Sequence record: DRR378314_1512
DNA length: 64,000 bases
Strand: one strand, 5' to 3'
A model generated the notes under the pieces. That model searched no databases and was not told the origin of the DNA. It saw only the letters and a list, made by a program, of their open reading frames with translations. A program made the translations under genes and the position numbers. Shown one piece after another: positions 30,747 through 40,771 of the stretch (its first letter is position 1; every line of letters begins with the position of its first letter).

Positions 30747-30944
30747 GCAACATGAATCTTTTTGCAATTGCTTCCCAACAGTTCAAGATGAAAATTTCAG
30801 ACAATCGTTTGAGACGCGATCCATGTGTGATCAAGCAGCAAACCCAAGCCCTTGGGGGCGGGTACCGAGCAAATTACACATGTTGGTCTTCCGTCGCCCA
30901 CTGCGATCACCGGTTGGTTGAGCACAATTTGAAGGAGCTTCAGA

Positions 30945-33398
30945 ATGCAGTCACATGCGAAAGTCGTGGTTGTTGGGGGAGGCTGCGTCGGGGCATCAAT
31001 CCTCTACGGGTTGACCGAGCATGGATGTTCCGATGCGGTCATGCTTGAGCGGACTACGCTGACCTCGGGCTCGACCTGGCATGCGGCGGGGCTGTTGGTG
31101 ACCTTTGTACGCTCTCACAACGTGTCGAAGATGACGATGGAAACCATCCGCATCTATAGTGAAGTGGAAAGGAAGGTGGGCAGCTCTGTCGGGCTGCGAA
31201 AGGTTGGCCAGTTGAGGGTGGCCAACACCGAAAAGCGCTGGGATGAATTCCAATCCTATATTTCGATCGCAGAGGCCGCAGGCGTACCCTGTAAGTTGCT
31301 GACACCGGAAGAGATTGCCGAAGTCCACCCGTTGTTGAACCAGAGCCCGGACATTCGCGGCGGTATCCTGCACACTGAAGACGGTTACGTGAACCCGGCA
31401 GATATCACCATGGCCTTGGCCAAGCTAGCGCGCGACGCGGGGGCCAAGGTGTACCAGAACACTGAAGCTCAGGCTTATGAAAAGCTTGATAATGGCCACT
31501 GGAAAGTAACAACCAATCAGGGTGAGATCACGTGTGAGCACCTGATCTTTGCCACCGGTAATTATGCCCGCGAAAACGCACGCCGCGTGGGGTTGGATCT
31601 GCCCTGTATTCCAATCGTTCACCAATACTGGACGACCGAGACAGTGCCGCTGCTAAAAGAGCGACGGGCGCAAGGTCTGCCAGAATTCCCGATCCTGCGA
31701 GATGAGGATTACGGGGCGTATCTGCGCGAAGATGTGGGGGGCATCCAGTTCGGGCCCTATGAATTTACCAAAGACCTCAAACTGTTTGCTGAAGATCGCG
31801 TGCCACCGGAATTTGGCGCGGATCTGCTGCCCGAGGATTTCGATGCAGTGGAAACCCAATGGGAGCGTGCCATCGAACGGGTGCCCACTTTGGGTGAGGT
31901 CGGCATCAAGGCCAATACCCGCGGTCCATTCCAAATGACACCGGACGAGCTGCCTCTGGCCGGTCCCGCACCCGGGCATGAGAACCTGTGGCTAGCCGAA
32001 GGCATGCCCGGCGGTATTCTGTGGGGCGGTACCGTTGGCAACCGTTTGGCCAAGTGGATCGTCAACGGCAATCCCGGCATGGACATGTCGGAACTCGACC
32101 CGCGCCGGTTCTCGGATTACGCCTCCAAACGCTGGACCATGGACAAAGTGCGCGAAACCTGGGGCACCCACATGGACGCACATGTGCCGGGTGAGGATTT
32201 TCCGGATGCGCGACCAATGAAAACTGTGGGCTCATACGACCTGCTGACTGCACAAGGCGCGGTCTGGACCAGCTTCAATGGCTACGAATTCCCGCGCTGG
32301 TTTGCCAATTCACCAGAAGAGGCGATCCCCGAACACGGCTTTCGCCGCACCAATCATATGGAACTGGTGCAGGAAGAAGTGCGCCGTACCCGCGAAGAGG
32401 CGGGTTTCATCGAGATGTCGCCGATGACCAAGTTCACTGTGCGTGGACCGGGGGCTGCACAGTGGTTGGACAGCATCATGGCCAACAAACTGCCGAAAGT
32501 GGGCCGCATGACCCTGTCGCTGATGCTGAACGACAATGGGGGCATGGATGCGGAATACACTATCGTGCGCTACGACGAGGATGACTTCTATCTGATCTCA
32601 ACCCCAAACTGGCGTGCCTACAATTGGGACCAGCTGCTGCGCGTGCTACCGCGTGACGGGTCAGTTGTGATCGAGGATATCTCAGAGCAATTGGGCGTGA
32701 TCGCGTTGGCCGGACCAAAGGCCCGTGAAATCCTGCAACCGCTGACCGACAACGACCTTTCGAATGCAGCCTTTCCGTGGCTTTCGGCGCAAATTGGTGA
32801 GGTGGGCTATGCCAAAGGCGTGCATCTGCTGCGTGTCTCTTACACCGGTGAGTTAGGGTGGGAGTTGCACCACTCGGTCGGGTATAATCGCCATCTTGTC
32901 GACTTGCTGTTGAAGGTCGGTGTCAAACCGTTCGGCCTTGAGGCGCTGGAGTCGATGCGCCTCGAAAAATCCTATCGCGCCATCAATCGCGAGATTTGCA
33001 AAGACTTGACCCCTTATGAGGCTGATCTCGATCGCTTCGTTGCCATGACCGAAAAGATTGGTGGGCAGGTGGCCGAGCGTGAGTTCGTCGGCAAAGCAGC
33101 ACTTTTGAAGCAGAAGGAAGAGGGCAACTATAACCGTTTGGTAACGCTGAAACTGCCCTTCAGCGACACCTCGGTGATGTTCGACGAGGGCGTGTATGCC
33201 GATGGTAGGTTGATCGGGCGCGTCACCTCGGGTGGATTTTCCTATTACTGTAACCACGACATCGCGATGGCGTTGGTGCCGCAAGAAATGACGGCTCCGG
33301 GCACCAAGATGCAGGTTTTGATCCACAATGAATTGCGCGATGCCCAAGTGATTGATGTCTGCGCCGTTGACCCCACCAGCGCCCGTGCGCGCACCTGA
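30945..33398 (+). CDS. FAD/THF-dependent oxidoreductase, dimethylglycine dehydrogenase-like (DAO + GcvT domains)
   Basis: VGGGCVG, TSGSTWHAAG (covalent-FAD His motif), RVSYTGELGWE, SMRLEKSY, GRVTSGG. Confidence 0.92.
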   Translation: MQSHAKVVVVGGGCVGASILYGLTEHGCSDAVMLERTTLTSGSTWHAAGLLVTFVRSHNVSKMTMETIRIYSEVERKVGSSVGLRKVGQLRVANTEKRWDEFQSYISIAEAAGVPCKLLTPEEIAEVHPLLNQSPDIRGGILHTEDGYVNPADITMALAKLARDAGAKVYQNTEAQAYEKLDNGHWKVTTNQGEITCEHLIFATGNYARENARRVGLDLPCIPIVHQYWTTETVPLLKERRAQGLPEFPILRDEDYGAYLREDVGGIQFGPYEFTKDLKLFAEDRVPPEFGADLLPEDFDAVETQWERAIERVPTLGEVGIKANTRGPFQMTPDELPLAGPAPGHENLWLAEGMPGGILWGGTVGNRLAKWIVNGNPGMDMSELDPRRFSDYASKRWTMDKVRETWGTHMDAHVPGEDFPDARPMKTVGSYDLLTAQGAVWTSFNGYEFPRWFANSPEEAIPEHGFRRTNHMELVQEEVRRTREEAGFIEMSPMTKFTVRGPGAAQWLDSIMANKLPKVGRMTLSLMLNDNGGMDAEYTIVRYDEDDFYLISTPNWRAYNWDQLLRVLPRDGSVVIEDISEQLGVIALAGPKAREILQPLTDNDLSNAAFPWLSAQIGEVGYAKGVHLLRVSYTGELGWELHHSVGYNRHLVDLLLKVGVKPFGLEALESMRLEKSYRAINREICKDLTPYEADLDRFVAMTEKIGGQVAEREFVGKAALLKQKEEGNYNRLVTLKLPFSDTSVMFDEGVYADGRLIGRVTSGGFSYYCNHDIAMALVPQEMTAPGTKMQVLIHNELRDAQVIDVCAVDPTSARART

Positions 33399-33413
33399 TC
33401 GGGAGGAATTGAG

Positions 33414-34934
33414 ATGGCAGAAGCAAAAGCACGCTCAGGCCGAAGCGGTGGACGCGCGGCACGGATTCAAGCCCGTACCAACCCGGCCCCGGTCTACCTG
33501 ACGACGTTAAATCGCAAGATCGGCCCGATTGATTTGCTCGGCCCGGAGGGTGTCGAAAAGATCCACAACGCGGCAATGACGATCCTGGAAACCACAGGGA
33601 TCGAGTTTCGCGATCCGCTCGCTCTGGCTGACTGGAAGAAGTATGGCGCGGATGTGCAGGGCGAACGGGTCCGCATCGGACGCGAGATGCTGATGGACCT
33701 GATCTCGGCCGTACCTTCGGAATGGGGCTATGCGGCGCGCAATCCGGATCGCTCACTGAGGGTAGGGCACCAGCATTCGGTATTCGCCAACGCCTATGGC
33801 GCGCCTTTTGTTTATGGACTGGATGGGGTGCGCCGCCCGTCGGTGTTGGAGGATGCGCAAAACTTCTTCAAGCTCAGCCAGATGAGCCAGTCGATGATGG
33901 TGCCCGGTATCCTACCCGTAGAACCGCAGGATGTTCCGGTTCCGCTGCGCCATCTGGAACTTGTCCACGCCGCGCTGACGCTGACTGACAAGCCTATCAA
34001 GGGCTCTGTCCTGTCAGAGCAAGCGGCGTTGGATTCAGTTGAGATGGCCCGCATCGTGTTCGGCGCGGACTTCGTTGACGAAAATGTCGTGATGGCCGCC
34101 TTGTTGAACTGCAACACTCCGCTGGTCTGGGATGAGACCATGCTGCAAAGCTTGCGTGTCTATGCCGCTGCCAACCAGCCCTGTCTGCTGTCGCCCTTTG
34201 TGCTGGCAGGGGCCAGCACGCCCGCCAGCCCGCAGGGAGGTGTCGCGTTGCTGATCGCAGAATCGCTGGCGGGTATGGCCTATAGCCAGATTATCCGGCG
34301 CGGCGCACCGATGGTGTTGGGTGTGGCGATCATGGGCGTTTCGATGAAGACAGGTGCACCGATGATGGGCTCTCCGGAACCTGGTCTGATGAACTTGCTG
34401 GTGGGCCAAATGGCGCGGTTCTACGGGGTGCCCTGGCGGACCTGTACCATGTGGACCGGATCAAAGTCGCCGGACATGCAGGCCGCGTTCGATACCGCAA
34501 ACACCATGTGGCCGGTGCTGTTGGGTGGTGCGCACTATATTGTCCATGCGGCGGGCTTTCTTGAAGGTGCACTTGGGGTCAGCTACTCGAAATGGGTGCA
34601 GGACACTTTGCAGTTGGAGAACTTCCACCGTTTCTTCAGCGGTTTGCAGGATGAGGACCTGGGTTCGCTTCTAAGCGATATTGATCAGATTGGCCCCGGC
34701 GGGCATTTCTTGGGCACGGATCATACGCGCGAGAACCCGATGCATATGAACCACTTGCAAAACAATGACAGTTTTGAGCAGTGGGAAGCAGAAGGCTCAA
34801 AAACCGCAGAAACCGTTGGCACGGAAGAGGCGCAGCGTATGCTCAGCACCTATGTGCAGCCACCAATGCCGGACGATAAGCGCGGCGCATTGGATGAATT
34901 TGTCGCCAGAAAACGGGTGGAATACAGCGCCTGA
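33414..34934 (+). CDS. Trimethylamine methyltransferase (MttB) superfamily, non-pyrrolysine
   Basis: RSGRSGGRAAR N-terminus; VEPQDVP, NCNTPLVWD, GSPEP, SKSPDMQA, HAAGFLEG, GPGGHFLG; no in-frame amber codon. Confidence 0.9.
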   Translation: MAEAKARSGRSGGRAARIQARTNPAPVYLTTLNRKIGPIDLLGPEGVEKIHNAAMTILETTGIEFRDPLALADWKKYGADVQGERVRIGREMLMDLISAVPSEWGYAARNPDRSLRVGHQHSVFANAYGAPFVYGLDGVRRPSVLEDAQNFFKLSQMSQSMMVPGILPVEPQDVPVPLRHLELVHAALTLTDKPIKGSVLSEQAALDSVEMARIVFGADFVDENVVMAALLNCNTPLVWDETMLQSLRVYAAANQPCLLSPFVLAGASTPASPQGGVALLIAESLAGMAYSQIIRRGAPMVLGVAIMGVSMKTGAPMMGSPEPGLMNLLVGQMARFYGVPWRTCTMWTGSKSPDMQAAFDTANTMWPVLLGGAHYIVHAAGFLEGALGVSYSKWVQDTLQLENFHRFFSGLQDEDLGSLLSDIDQIGPGGHFLGTDHTRENPMHMNHLQNNDSFEQWEAEGSKTAETVGTEEAQRMLSTYVQPPMPDDKRGALDEFVARKRVEYSA

Positions 34935-34994
34935 AAAATCCAGAATGCGGGCGCTGACCTGCCCGTTTTCGAAACCCAAGAACCGGATTAACCA

Positions 34995-36008
34995 ATGACT
35001 GATAACTCTACGACGATGCTTTCACTCAACGAGGTCAGAGAGTTGGCCAAATCCGTCTTTGTGGCCGGGGGCATGGATGAACATGGCAGTGCGGTTCTGG
35101 CCGATCTCGTAAGGATGACAGAACGCGACGGGCCGCGTAGCCACGGATTAAGAATGCTGCCCGTTTACGCGCAAAGCTTTTCTTCAGGTTATGCCAACCC
35201 TACCGCCAATCCCAGCGTTGAACGGATCGCTACGGGTGTTTTGCGCGGGGATGGGGACAATGGCTATTACCAGATCGTGGCTGCCAAGGCGCGCGGCGAG
35301 CTTATTGCGATGGCGCACGAAAATGGGATCGCCGCGTTCGCCTGTTCCAATTGCCACCACTTGGGGGCGTTGCGGTTTGACACCAGTCCATTGGCCGAGG
35401 CTGGATTGGTGGCACTGGGTGTTGTGAATTCACTTGCCATGGTGGTGCCGCAAGGGGGGGTACGGCCCGTTTTCGGCACTAATCCGATGTCTTTTGCGTG
35501 CCCACGACTGGGGGGTGAGCCGGTTGTCTGGGACCAGGCCTCGTCAATGGTTGCGCTGATGGATATCAAGATGGCTGCCGCTGAAGGGCATGATCTGCCG
35601 CGTCCCGCCGGCCTCGACCCAGACAACCAGCCTACACATGATCCCAACGCCATTCTGGAAACCCGCAGTCTGCTGCCATTTGGCGAACACAAGGGGGCTG
35701 CGATCGCATTTCTGATCGAAATTCTTGGGGCCGCTCTGGCTGGCGGAACATTGTCCGTCGATAACGCCAATCGTGAGGCGCATGGCGCATTGAACATCAA
35801 GGGCGGTAACACGCTGATCGCGATTGATCCCGCGCGGTTCGGCAACGCAGCGTTCGAAGATTACGTTCAGCGTATCTGCGCCGAGATTGAAGGCAATGGG
35901 CAGGCGCGTGTTCCAGGGGATGGCAGATTGAAGAACCGCGCCGCCGCAGAGGCAAATGGCGTACGCGTCACTGCCGAGTTGATGGCGCAACTGCGCGAAC
36001 TGCAATAA
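34995..36008 (+). CDS. Ldh_2 family NAD(P)H oxidoreductase (DpkA/ProC2-like cyclic imine reductase candidate)
   Basis: RSHGL, HHLGAL, FGTNPMSFACP, FGEHKG, ARVPG. Confidence 0.85.
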   Translation: MTDNSTTMLSLNEVRELAKSVFVAGGMDEHGSAVLADLVRMTERDGPRSHGLRMLPVYAQSFSSGYANPTANPSVERIATGVLRGDGDNGYYQIVAAKARGELIAMAHENGIAAFACSNCHHLGALRFDTSPLAEAGLVALGVVNSLAMVVPQGGVRPVFGTNPMSFACPRLGGEPVVWDQASSMVALMDIKMAAAEGHDLPRPAGLDPDNQPTHDPNAILETRSLLPFGEHKGAAIAFLIEILGAALAGGTLSVDNANREAHGALNIKGGNTLIAIDPARFGNAAFEDYVQRICAEIEGNGQARVPGDGRLKNRAAAEANGVRVTAELMAQLRELQ

Positions 36009-36019
36009 AGGTACCAAGT

Positions 36020-37258
36020 ATGTCTCGGGTGGTTGTGATCGGTGGCGGTATCGTTGGGGTTTCCTGCGCACTGACGCTGCAGTCCAATGGGCACGACGTT
36101 ACTGTCGTGGAGCCGGGGCCTGTGGGTGAGGGCGCAAGCTGGGCTTCGTGCGGGTGTATCGCAGTGGGCGAGATTGTGCCTCTGTCGCAACCCGGGATGC
36201 TGATGAAGGTGCCGGGCTGGTTGCTGGATGCCGAGGCTCCGCTTTCTCTGCGCCCGGCCTCGGCCCTAAAGTTGCTGCCTTGGTTTGCGCGGTTTACGGC
36301 CAATGCAAGTCCTTCAAGAATGCGGGCGATAGCCGCCGATTTAGCACGGCTCACATTTGTCGCCACCGCAGATTTCAAGGCGCAGCTTGTTGATATTGGC
36401 CACCCGGACCTGTTGGTCGAGCGGCCGGTCATTAAGCTGTTCGACGACGATAATGACCTCGCCACAATGCGCGCAGCCTTTGATCTGGCGCGTGAATTGG
36501 GTTGCACAATTGACGAAATATCTGGTCATGAAGCGCATCAGATCGACGCCGCGATTGCACCCGATTTCAAACATGCCGCCCTGCTACGAGACTGGAGTTT
36601 CGTGACCGAACCAAAGTTGTTGGTCGAAACTCTGATGCGGAGCTTTGCCAACCGGGGCGGGATCGTTGTCACAGGAGCGGCCGTCGAATTTGCACGAGAT
36701 GATCGAACTGTCCAAAGCGTGCGACTTCAGAACGGACACACACTTGGCGCCGACGAATTTGTCATCGCTGCGGGAACGCAATCTCGGGTTTTGGCTAAGA
36801 AGCTAGGCGTTTCCCTGCAGATGGAAGGGGTAATCGGATATTCGACCGTTCTGTATGACAGTGGGATCAATCTGCGCCACACGGTGTTTTATGCAAAGGG
36901 CGGGTTTGGTATCACACCTTATCAGGATGCATTGGCCGTGGCCGGAACCGCGGAATTTGCAGACCTGAAGGCAGCGCCCAACTGGAACCGCGCTGATATA
37001 TTGGTCAAACGTGCACATCGCGTGTTGCCGGGCCTGAATATCGAGAAAACTGAACGCAGGATGGGCCGCCGTCCTTTCACACCGGACACGCGCCCGATCA
37101 TTGGTCGCAGCAGACGCTTGGCCAATGTTACTTTTGCCACGGGTCACGGTCAGCTTGGCCTGACATTGGGGGCCACTACAGCGCGGATTGTTGCAGATGT
37201 GATCGTGCGCAAGGCCCCGGACATCGATATTCAGGCCTTCAGCCCTGATCGGTTTTAG
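36020..37258 (+). CDS. FAD-dependent D-amino acid dehydrogenase (DadA family)
   Basis: IGGGIVG, GASWASCG, MGRRPFTPD, GHGQLGLTLG. Confidence 0.88.
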   Translation: MSRVVVIGGGIVGVSCALTLQSNGHDVTVVEPGPVGEGASWASCGCIAVGEIVPLSQPGMLMKVPGWLLDAEAPLSLRPASALKLLPWFARFTANASPSRMRAIAADLARLTFVATADFKAQLVDIGHPDLLVERPVIKLFDDDNDLATMRAAFDLARELGCTIDEISGHEAHQIDAAIAPDFKHAALLRDWSFVTEPKLLVETLMRSFANRGGIVVTGAAVEFARDDRTVQSVRLQNGHTLGADEFVIAAGTQSRVLAKKLGVSLQMEGVIGYSTVLYDSGINLRHTVFYAKGGFGITPYQDALAVAGTAEFADLKAAPNWNRADILVKRAHRVLPGLNIEKTERRMGRRPFTPDTRPIIGRSRRLANVTFATGHGQLGLTLGATTARIVADVIVRKAPDIDIQAFSPDRF

Positions 37259-38627
37259 GCTTTGACCAAAGTCCTCCCAACTCCTTTTTGGCGACATGTG
37301 ACGCCACCAAAAGCCCGATCATCCAGCCCGTGATCACCGCGCAAGCGGTTCCAAACCAGACACCGATTTCGCTGAAGCCAAGCAACCCAATGAAAATCCA
37401 GACAAAGAAAGCTACGCCAAATCCCTGACGGTAAAGGCTAATCCACACCGTCCAGATTGGTCGTTTCAGGGCTTGCAGCAGCGAATTGATCGAAAACAGC
37501 ATCATGTAGAATGGGAGTACCAGGCTGTCGACGCGCAGGTAGCTGAGCCCGACGCGGATAACCTCGGGATCGTCGGTAAACAGGCCCAGCAGAGGGCGGC
37601 CAAATATCCACAGGATCGGGGCTGCGATGGCGGTCATGATGAACCCGATTTTCCAGCAATAAAACAGGGCTTCGCGCACCCTTGCATAATCACGCGCTCC
37701 GAAATTCTGGGAGGCGATGGGCAGCAGGGCACCGGTAACACCCAACACAGGCAGCAACAGAATCTGTTCCAACCGAATGGCAACGCCGAAGCCAGCGATT
37801 GCGTGCTCTCCAAAGATTTTCAGGGCGAACTGCATGACGAAACCTGACAGGAGCATCACGATAAACGATGTGGCCGTGGGCAGAACCTGAACCGAGATTT
37901 CCCTAAACCTCAGCAGGCGTGGGATGAAGTTTCGAGCCCGCATGCGCCTCATTCTGCGGCGTCTAAGGACCTGACGGATCATGAATATCATCACGCCCGT
38001 CTGGCTGATCACCGTCGACAGGGCGAGACCGTCGAACCCGATGCCGGGGATCAAGCCCGGGATGCCATAAATCAGCAGTGGGTTCAGGCCGATATTGGCG
38101 AAAAACGCAACGATAAGTGCGCGCTGCATTGAAACCGCATCCCCATGCGCCTGAAGAATGCCATTGCACCCAAAGGCGAGCAGGAAACCGGGCAAGGCCA
38201 GCAACAGCCAGTGGAAGTAGCGAAGGCCCGCATCGCGATACGCGCCAGGTTCCGACACCAGATTTATCAGTGCCGGGCCATACCAGAGCCCGGCCAGCGC
38301 CAGAACACCTGCTGCGATGACGCCGTAGACCATCCCTTGTGCCGCAAACCGCCGCGCCGCGCGATTATCGCCAGCTCCCAATGCGTTACCAACCAACGCG
38401 CTCATCGCGGCGCCAAGTCCAACCCCGACCGAGATGGCAATGAAAAAGGCTTGAAAACCTAACGCCAATCCAGCCTGAGCACTGGTTGAGAGAAGGCCGG
38501 CGAAGAACATATCGACGACGTTGTAGAGCGTGTTGAACAGCATTCCGATCGCCGCAGGGATGGCCAAGGTTCGAAAATGGGTTGAGATCGGCCCGCGTGT
38601 CAGATCAACTTCGATGGGGTCGGCCAT
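37239..38627 (-). CDS. MATE family efflux transporter
   Basis: DLTRGPI, LYNVVDMFF, QNFGARDY; about 12 TM. Confidence 0.92.
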   Translation of the reverse strand: MADPIEVDLTRGPISTHFRTLAIPAAIGMLFNTLYNVVDMFFAGLLSTSAQAGLALGFQAFFIAISVGVGLGAAMSALVGNALGAGDNRAARRFAAQGMVYGVIAAGVLALAGLWYGPALINLVSEPGAYRDAGLRYFHWLLLALPGFLLAFGCNGILQAHGDAVSMQRALIVAFFANIGLNPLLIYGIPGLIPGIGFDGLALSTVISQTGVMIFMIRQVLRRRRMRRMRARNFIPRLLRFREISVQVLPTATSFIVMLLSGFVMQFALKIFGEHAIAGFGVAIRLEQILLLPVLGVTGALLPIASQNFGARDYARVREALFYCWKIGFIMTAIAAPILWIFGRPLLGLFTDDPEVIRVGLSYLRVDSLVLPFYMMLFSINSLLQALKRPIWTVWISLYRQGFGVAFFVWIFIGLLGFSEIGVWFGTACAVITGWMIGLLVASHVAKKELGGLWSKPKTDQG

Positions 38628-38639
38628 GTCAGTAAGCCA

Positions 38640-39242
38640 CTAGGGTCGCTCGGCCTGAACGGTCAGGAAGACGAACTCGGGTGTCAAAACTTCTTCGAAG
38701 CCGTGGTTCAGTTCTGCGTCAACGCTGATACTGTCCCCTGCTGAAAGTGTGAATTGGGCCTCGCCGTAACGATACCTGGCCTGCCCCTCGAGAACCTGAA
38801 CAAAGACGACACCATGGCCGACATATGTAGGCGGCCGCCACTCGTCCCGCAGGAGCTTTACGCGACGGGCCTGAAAGCGCAGATCTTTGCGGGAATGCAG
38901 CGCAAGGTTGACGTATTCGTGCGAATGACCACCCGCCAATCGGGTGGACTTCAGCCCTTGCCCATGGCGCACCAGCGTATAGTCGGTATGATCTGTCCGC
39001 GCCTCGCGAAACAATGAGACAATCGGCACTTCAAGCGCCTCAGCAAGTGCTGCCAGCGTGTCGATAGACGGGGAGACCAGCCCATTTTCGATGCGGCTGA
39101 CCATGGCCGCCGAAATACCTGACTGCTCGGCTAATCGACGGGCGGATTGCGCCCGACTCTGGCGCAACTCCCTCAGCGAGGAGCCTATGGCCCGATCAAT
39201 CTGTCTTCCCGGCGTGTCATCTTGCATTATACATTCCGTCAT
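38640..39242 (-). CDS. XRE-family HTH plus cupin transcriptional regulator
   Basis: SGISAAMVSRIENGLVSPS; cupin VLEG...LSAGDSI..DAELNHG. Confidence 0.9.
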   Translation of the reverse strand: MTECIMQDDTPGRQIDRAIGSSLRELRQSRAQSARRLAEQSGISAAMVSRIENGLVSPSIDTLAALAEALEVPIVSLFREARTDHTDYTLVRHGQGLKSTRLAGGHSHEYVNLALHSRKDLRFQARRVKLLRDEWRPPTYVGHGVVFVQVLEGQARYRYGEAQFTLSAGDSISVDAELNHGFEEVLTPEFVFLTVQAERP

Positions 39243-39817
39243 TCTTCGGCATAGTAGCCCACGACGTCTCCTTCTGTTGTGACACCCAGCCCGTTCAGCA
39301 ATCGGTTGGCATAGTTGAAATACCCCACGATCTGATTGATTTCGAGGATCTCACCGTCCTTCCAGCCTGCCTCTTTCAGGGCGGCTACATCGGATTCGAC
39401 TACTGTCCCCGGCGACCGCGTCAGCTTTTCCGCGTAGTCCAGTGCGGCCAGCTCTGCGCCTTCAAATGCATCTTTCGGGCTATGGGCCTTTAACGCAGCC
39501 TCAACAGCGTCTGCGCGTGCTTCATTACCAATCAGATGCCGGGCGTTTGCCCAGTGGTTGGCATAAGAATAGGGGCAGTCGTTCAGCGTGGATACATATG
39601 AGCTGATGACCTCCTGAAACCACATGGGCACAGTATTTGCGTCGTCGTGCAGGCAGGCCCGATACAAAATAACGTGACCTTTCATGGTGTTGGGGCGCAG
39701 CGAATGTACACGCATCACGTTGTCCACGGTGCCGTGAGGCGTGCGTGCGAGATCCAGGGTAGCCTTCAAATGCGCGTCAGCATCTTCGTCAGGTATCATC
39801 CGAATCCAAGCAGACAT
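39239..39817 (-). CDS. AhpD/carboxymuconolactone decarboxylase family protein (CxxS variant)
   Basis: EVISSYVSTLNDCPYSYANH; GYFNYANRLLNGLG. Confidence 0.85.
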   Translation of the reverse strand: MSAWIRMIPDEDADAHLKATLDLARTPHGTVDNVMRVHSLRPNTMKGHVILYRACLHDDANTVPMWFQEVISSYVSTLNDCPYSYANHWANARHLIGNEARADAVEAALKAHSPKDAFEGAELAALDYAEKLTRSPGTVVESDVAALKEAGWKDGEILEINQIVGYFNYANRLLNGLGVTTEGDVVGYYAEE

Positions 39818-39862
39818 TCACGCTTCCTTCCATAGCTTTCTGTTCAATCTTCTGGGCCGCCA

Positions 39863-39930
39863 TTACGCAGCCAGTGAGTTTTTTATTGACGAATATTGCA
39901 CATTAAGCAACCATATTGATTAGCGCGCAA
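39863..39930. promoter_or_regulatory. Tandem operators and -35 box in the XRE/ABC divergent promoter
   Basis: TTAC-N7-GTGA, TTGACG, then TTGC-N7-GCAA and TTGA-N7-GCAA at 20-bp period. Confidence 0.5.
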
Positions 39931-40023
39931 CAGATTTGAGGATTCTGAAGCTTTGCCAGATTGCTCCACTCACAACTTCAAGGGTCAGTTTGCGCGCTTG
40001 ACCCGAAAATCGACAGGTTCGGC

Positions 40024-40770
40024 ATGACACAGCCCACCCCCATGATTGAAGTCACCAATCTGGATAAGTTCTATGGCGCTTTCCAAGCACTCAAGAACAT
40101 CGACCTAACTGTTCAACAGGGAGAGAAGGTGGTGATTTGCGGTCCGTCAGGATCGGGAAAATCCACGCTGATTCGGTGTTTCAACGGGTTGGAATGGCAT
40201 AACTCGGGCCGCCTCGTGATCGACGGGATCGAAGTTTATGACGGCGCAAAGGAAATCCGAGAACTGCGGCAGGAGGTTGGGATGGTTTTCCAGCAGTTCA
40301 ATCTGTTTCCGCATTTGACCGTGCTCGAAAATCTGATGATCGGACCGATGAAAGTTCGCAAGATCTCCAAGACACAGGCGGAAGAAACCGCGCGCAATTA
40401 TCTTGATCGTGTTCATATCCCCGAACAGGCTGAGAAGTACCCCGCGCAACTGTCGGGAGGACAACAACAACGCGTCGCCATCGCCCGGTCCTTGTGCATG
40501 GAAACCCGGATCATGCTGTTTGATGAGCCGACATCCGCACTTGATCCCGAGATGATCAATGAGGTGCTGGATGTGATGGTTGAGCTGGCCGAGACTGGCA
40601 TGACCATGGTCGTAGTCACACATGAGATGGGATTTGCCCGCAAGGTGGCCGATACCATGGTCTTCATGGAGGCCGGGCAGATTGTTGAAATTTCTCCCCC
40701 CGAACAGTTCTTTACCAACCCATCCAGCGAACGCTGCCGCCTGTTCCTGAACCAGATACTGGAACACTGA
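40024..40770 (+). CDS. Polar amino acid ABC transporter ATP-binding protein
   Basis: [50 protein letters not shown]. Confidence 0.95.
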   Translation: MTQPTPMIEVTNLDKFYGAFQALKNIDLTVQQGEKVVICGPSGSGKSTLIRCFNGLEWHNSGRLVIDGIEVYDGAKEIRELRQEVGMVFQQFNLFPHLTVLENLMIGPMKVRKISKTQAEETARNYLDRVHIPEQAEKYPAQLSGGQQQRVAIARSLCMETRIMLFDEPTSALDPEMINEVLDVMVELAETGMTMVVVTHEMGFARKVADTMVFMEAGQIVEISPPEQFFTNPSSERCRLFLNQILEH

Positions 40771-40771
40771 C

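Noticed and set aside
30945-33398. Possible TMAO demethylase Tdm or DMSP demethylase DmdA
   Set aside because: N-terminus is an FAD-binding DAO domain, not DUF1989; far too long for DmdA
33414-34934. Pyrrolysine recoding in MttB
   Set aside because: ORF is uninterrupted with no in-frame TAG; no pyl genes
37239-37258. Convergent 3' overlaps (also 22432-22471) as antisense regulation
   Set aside because: Short tail-to-tail overlaps are common; no further support
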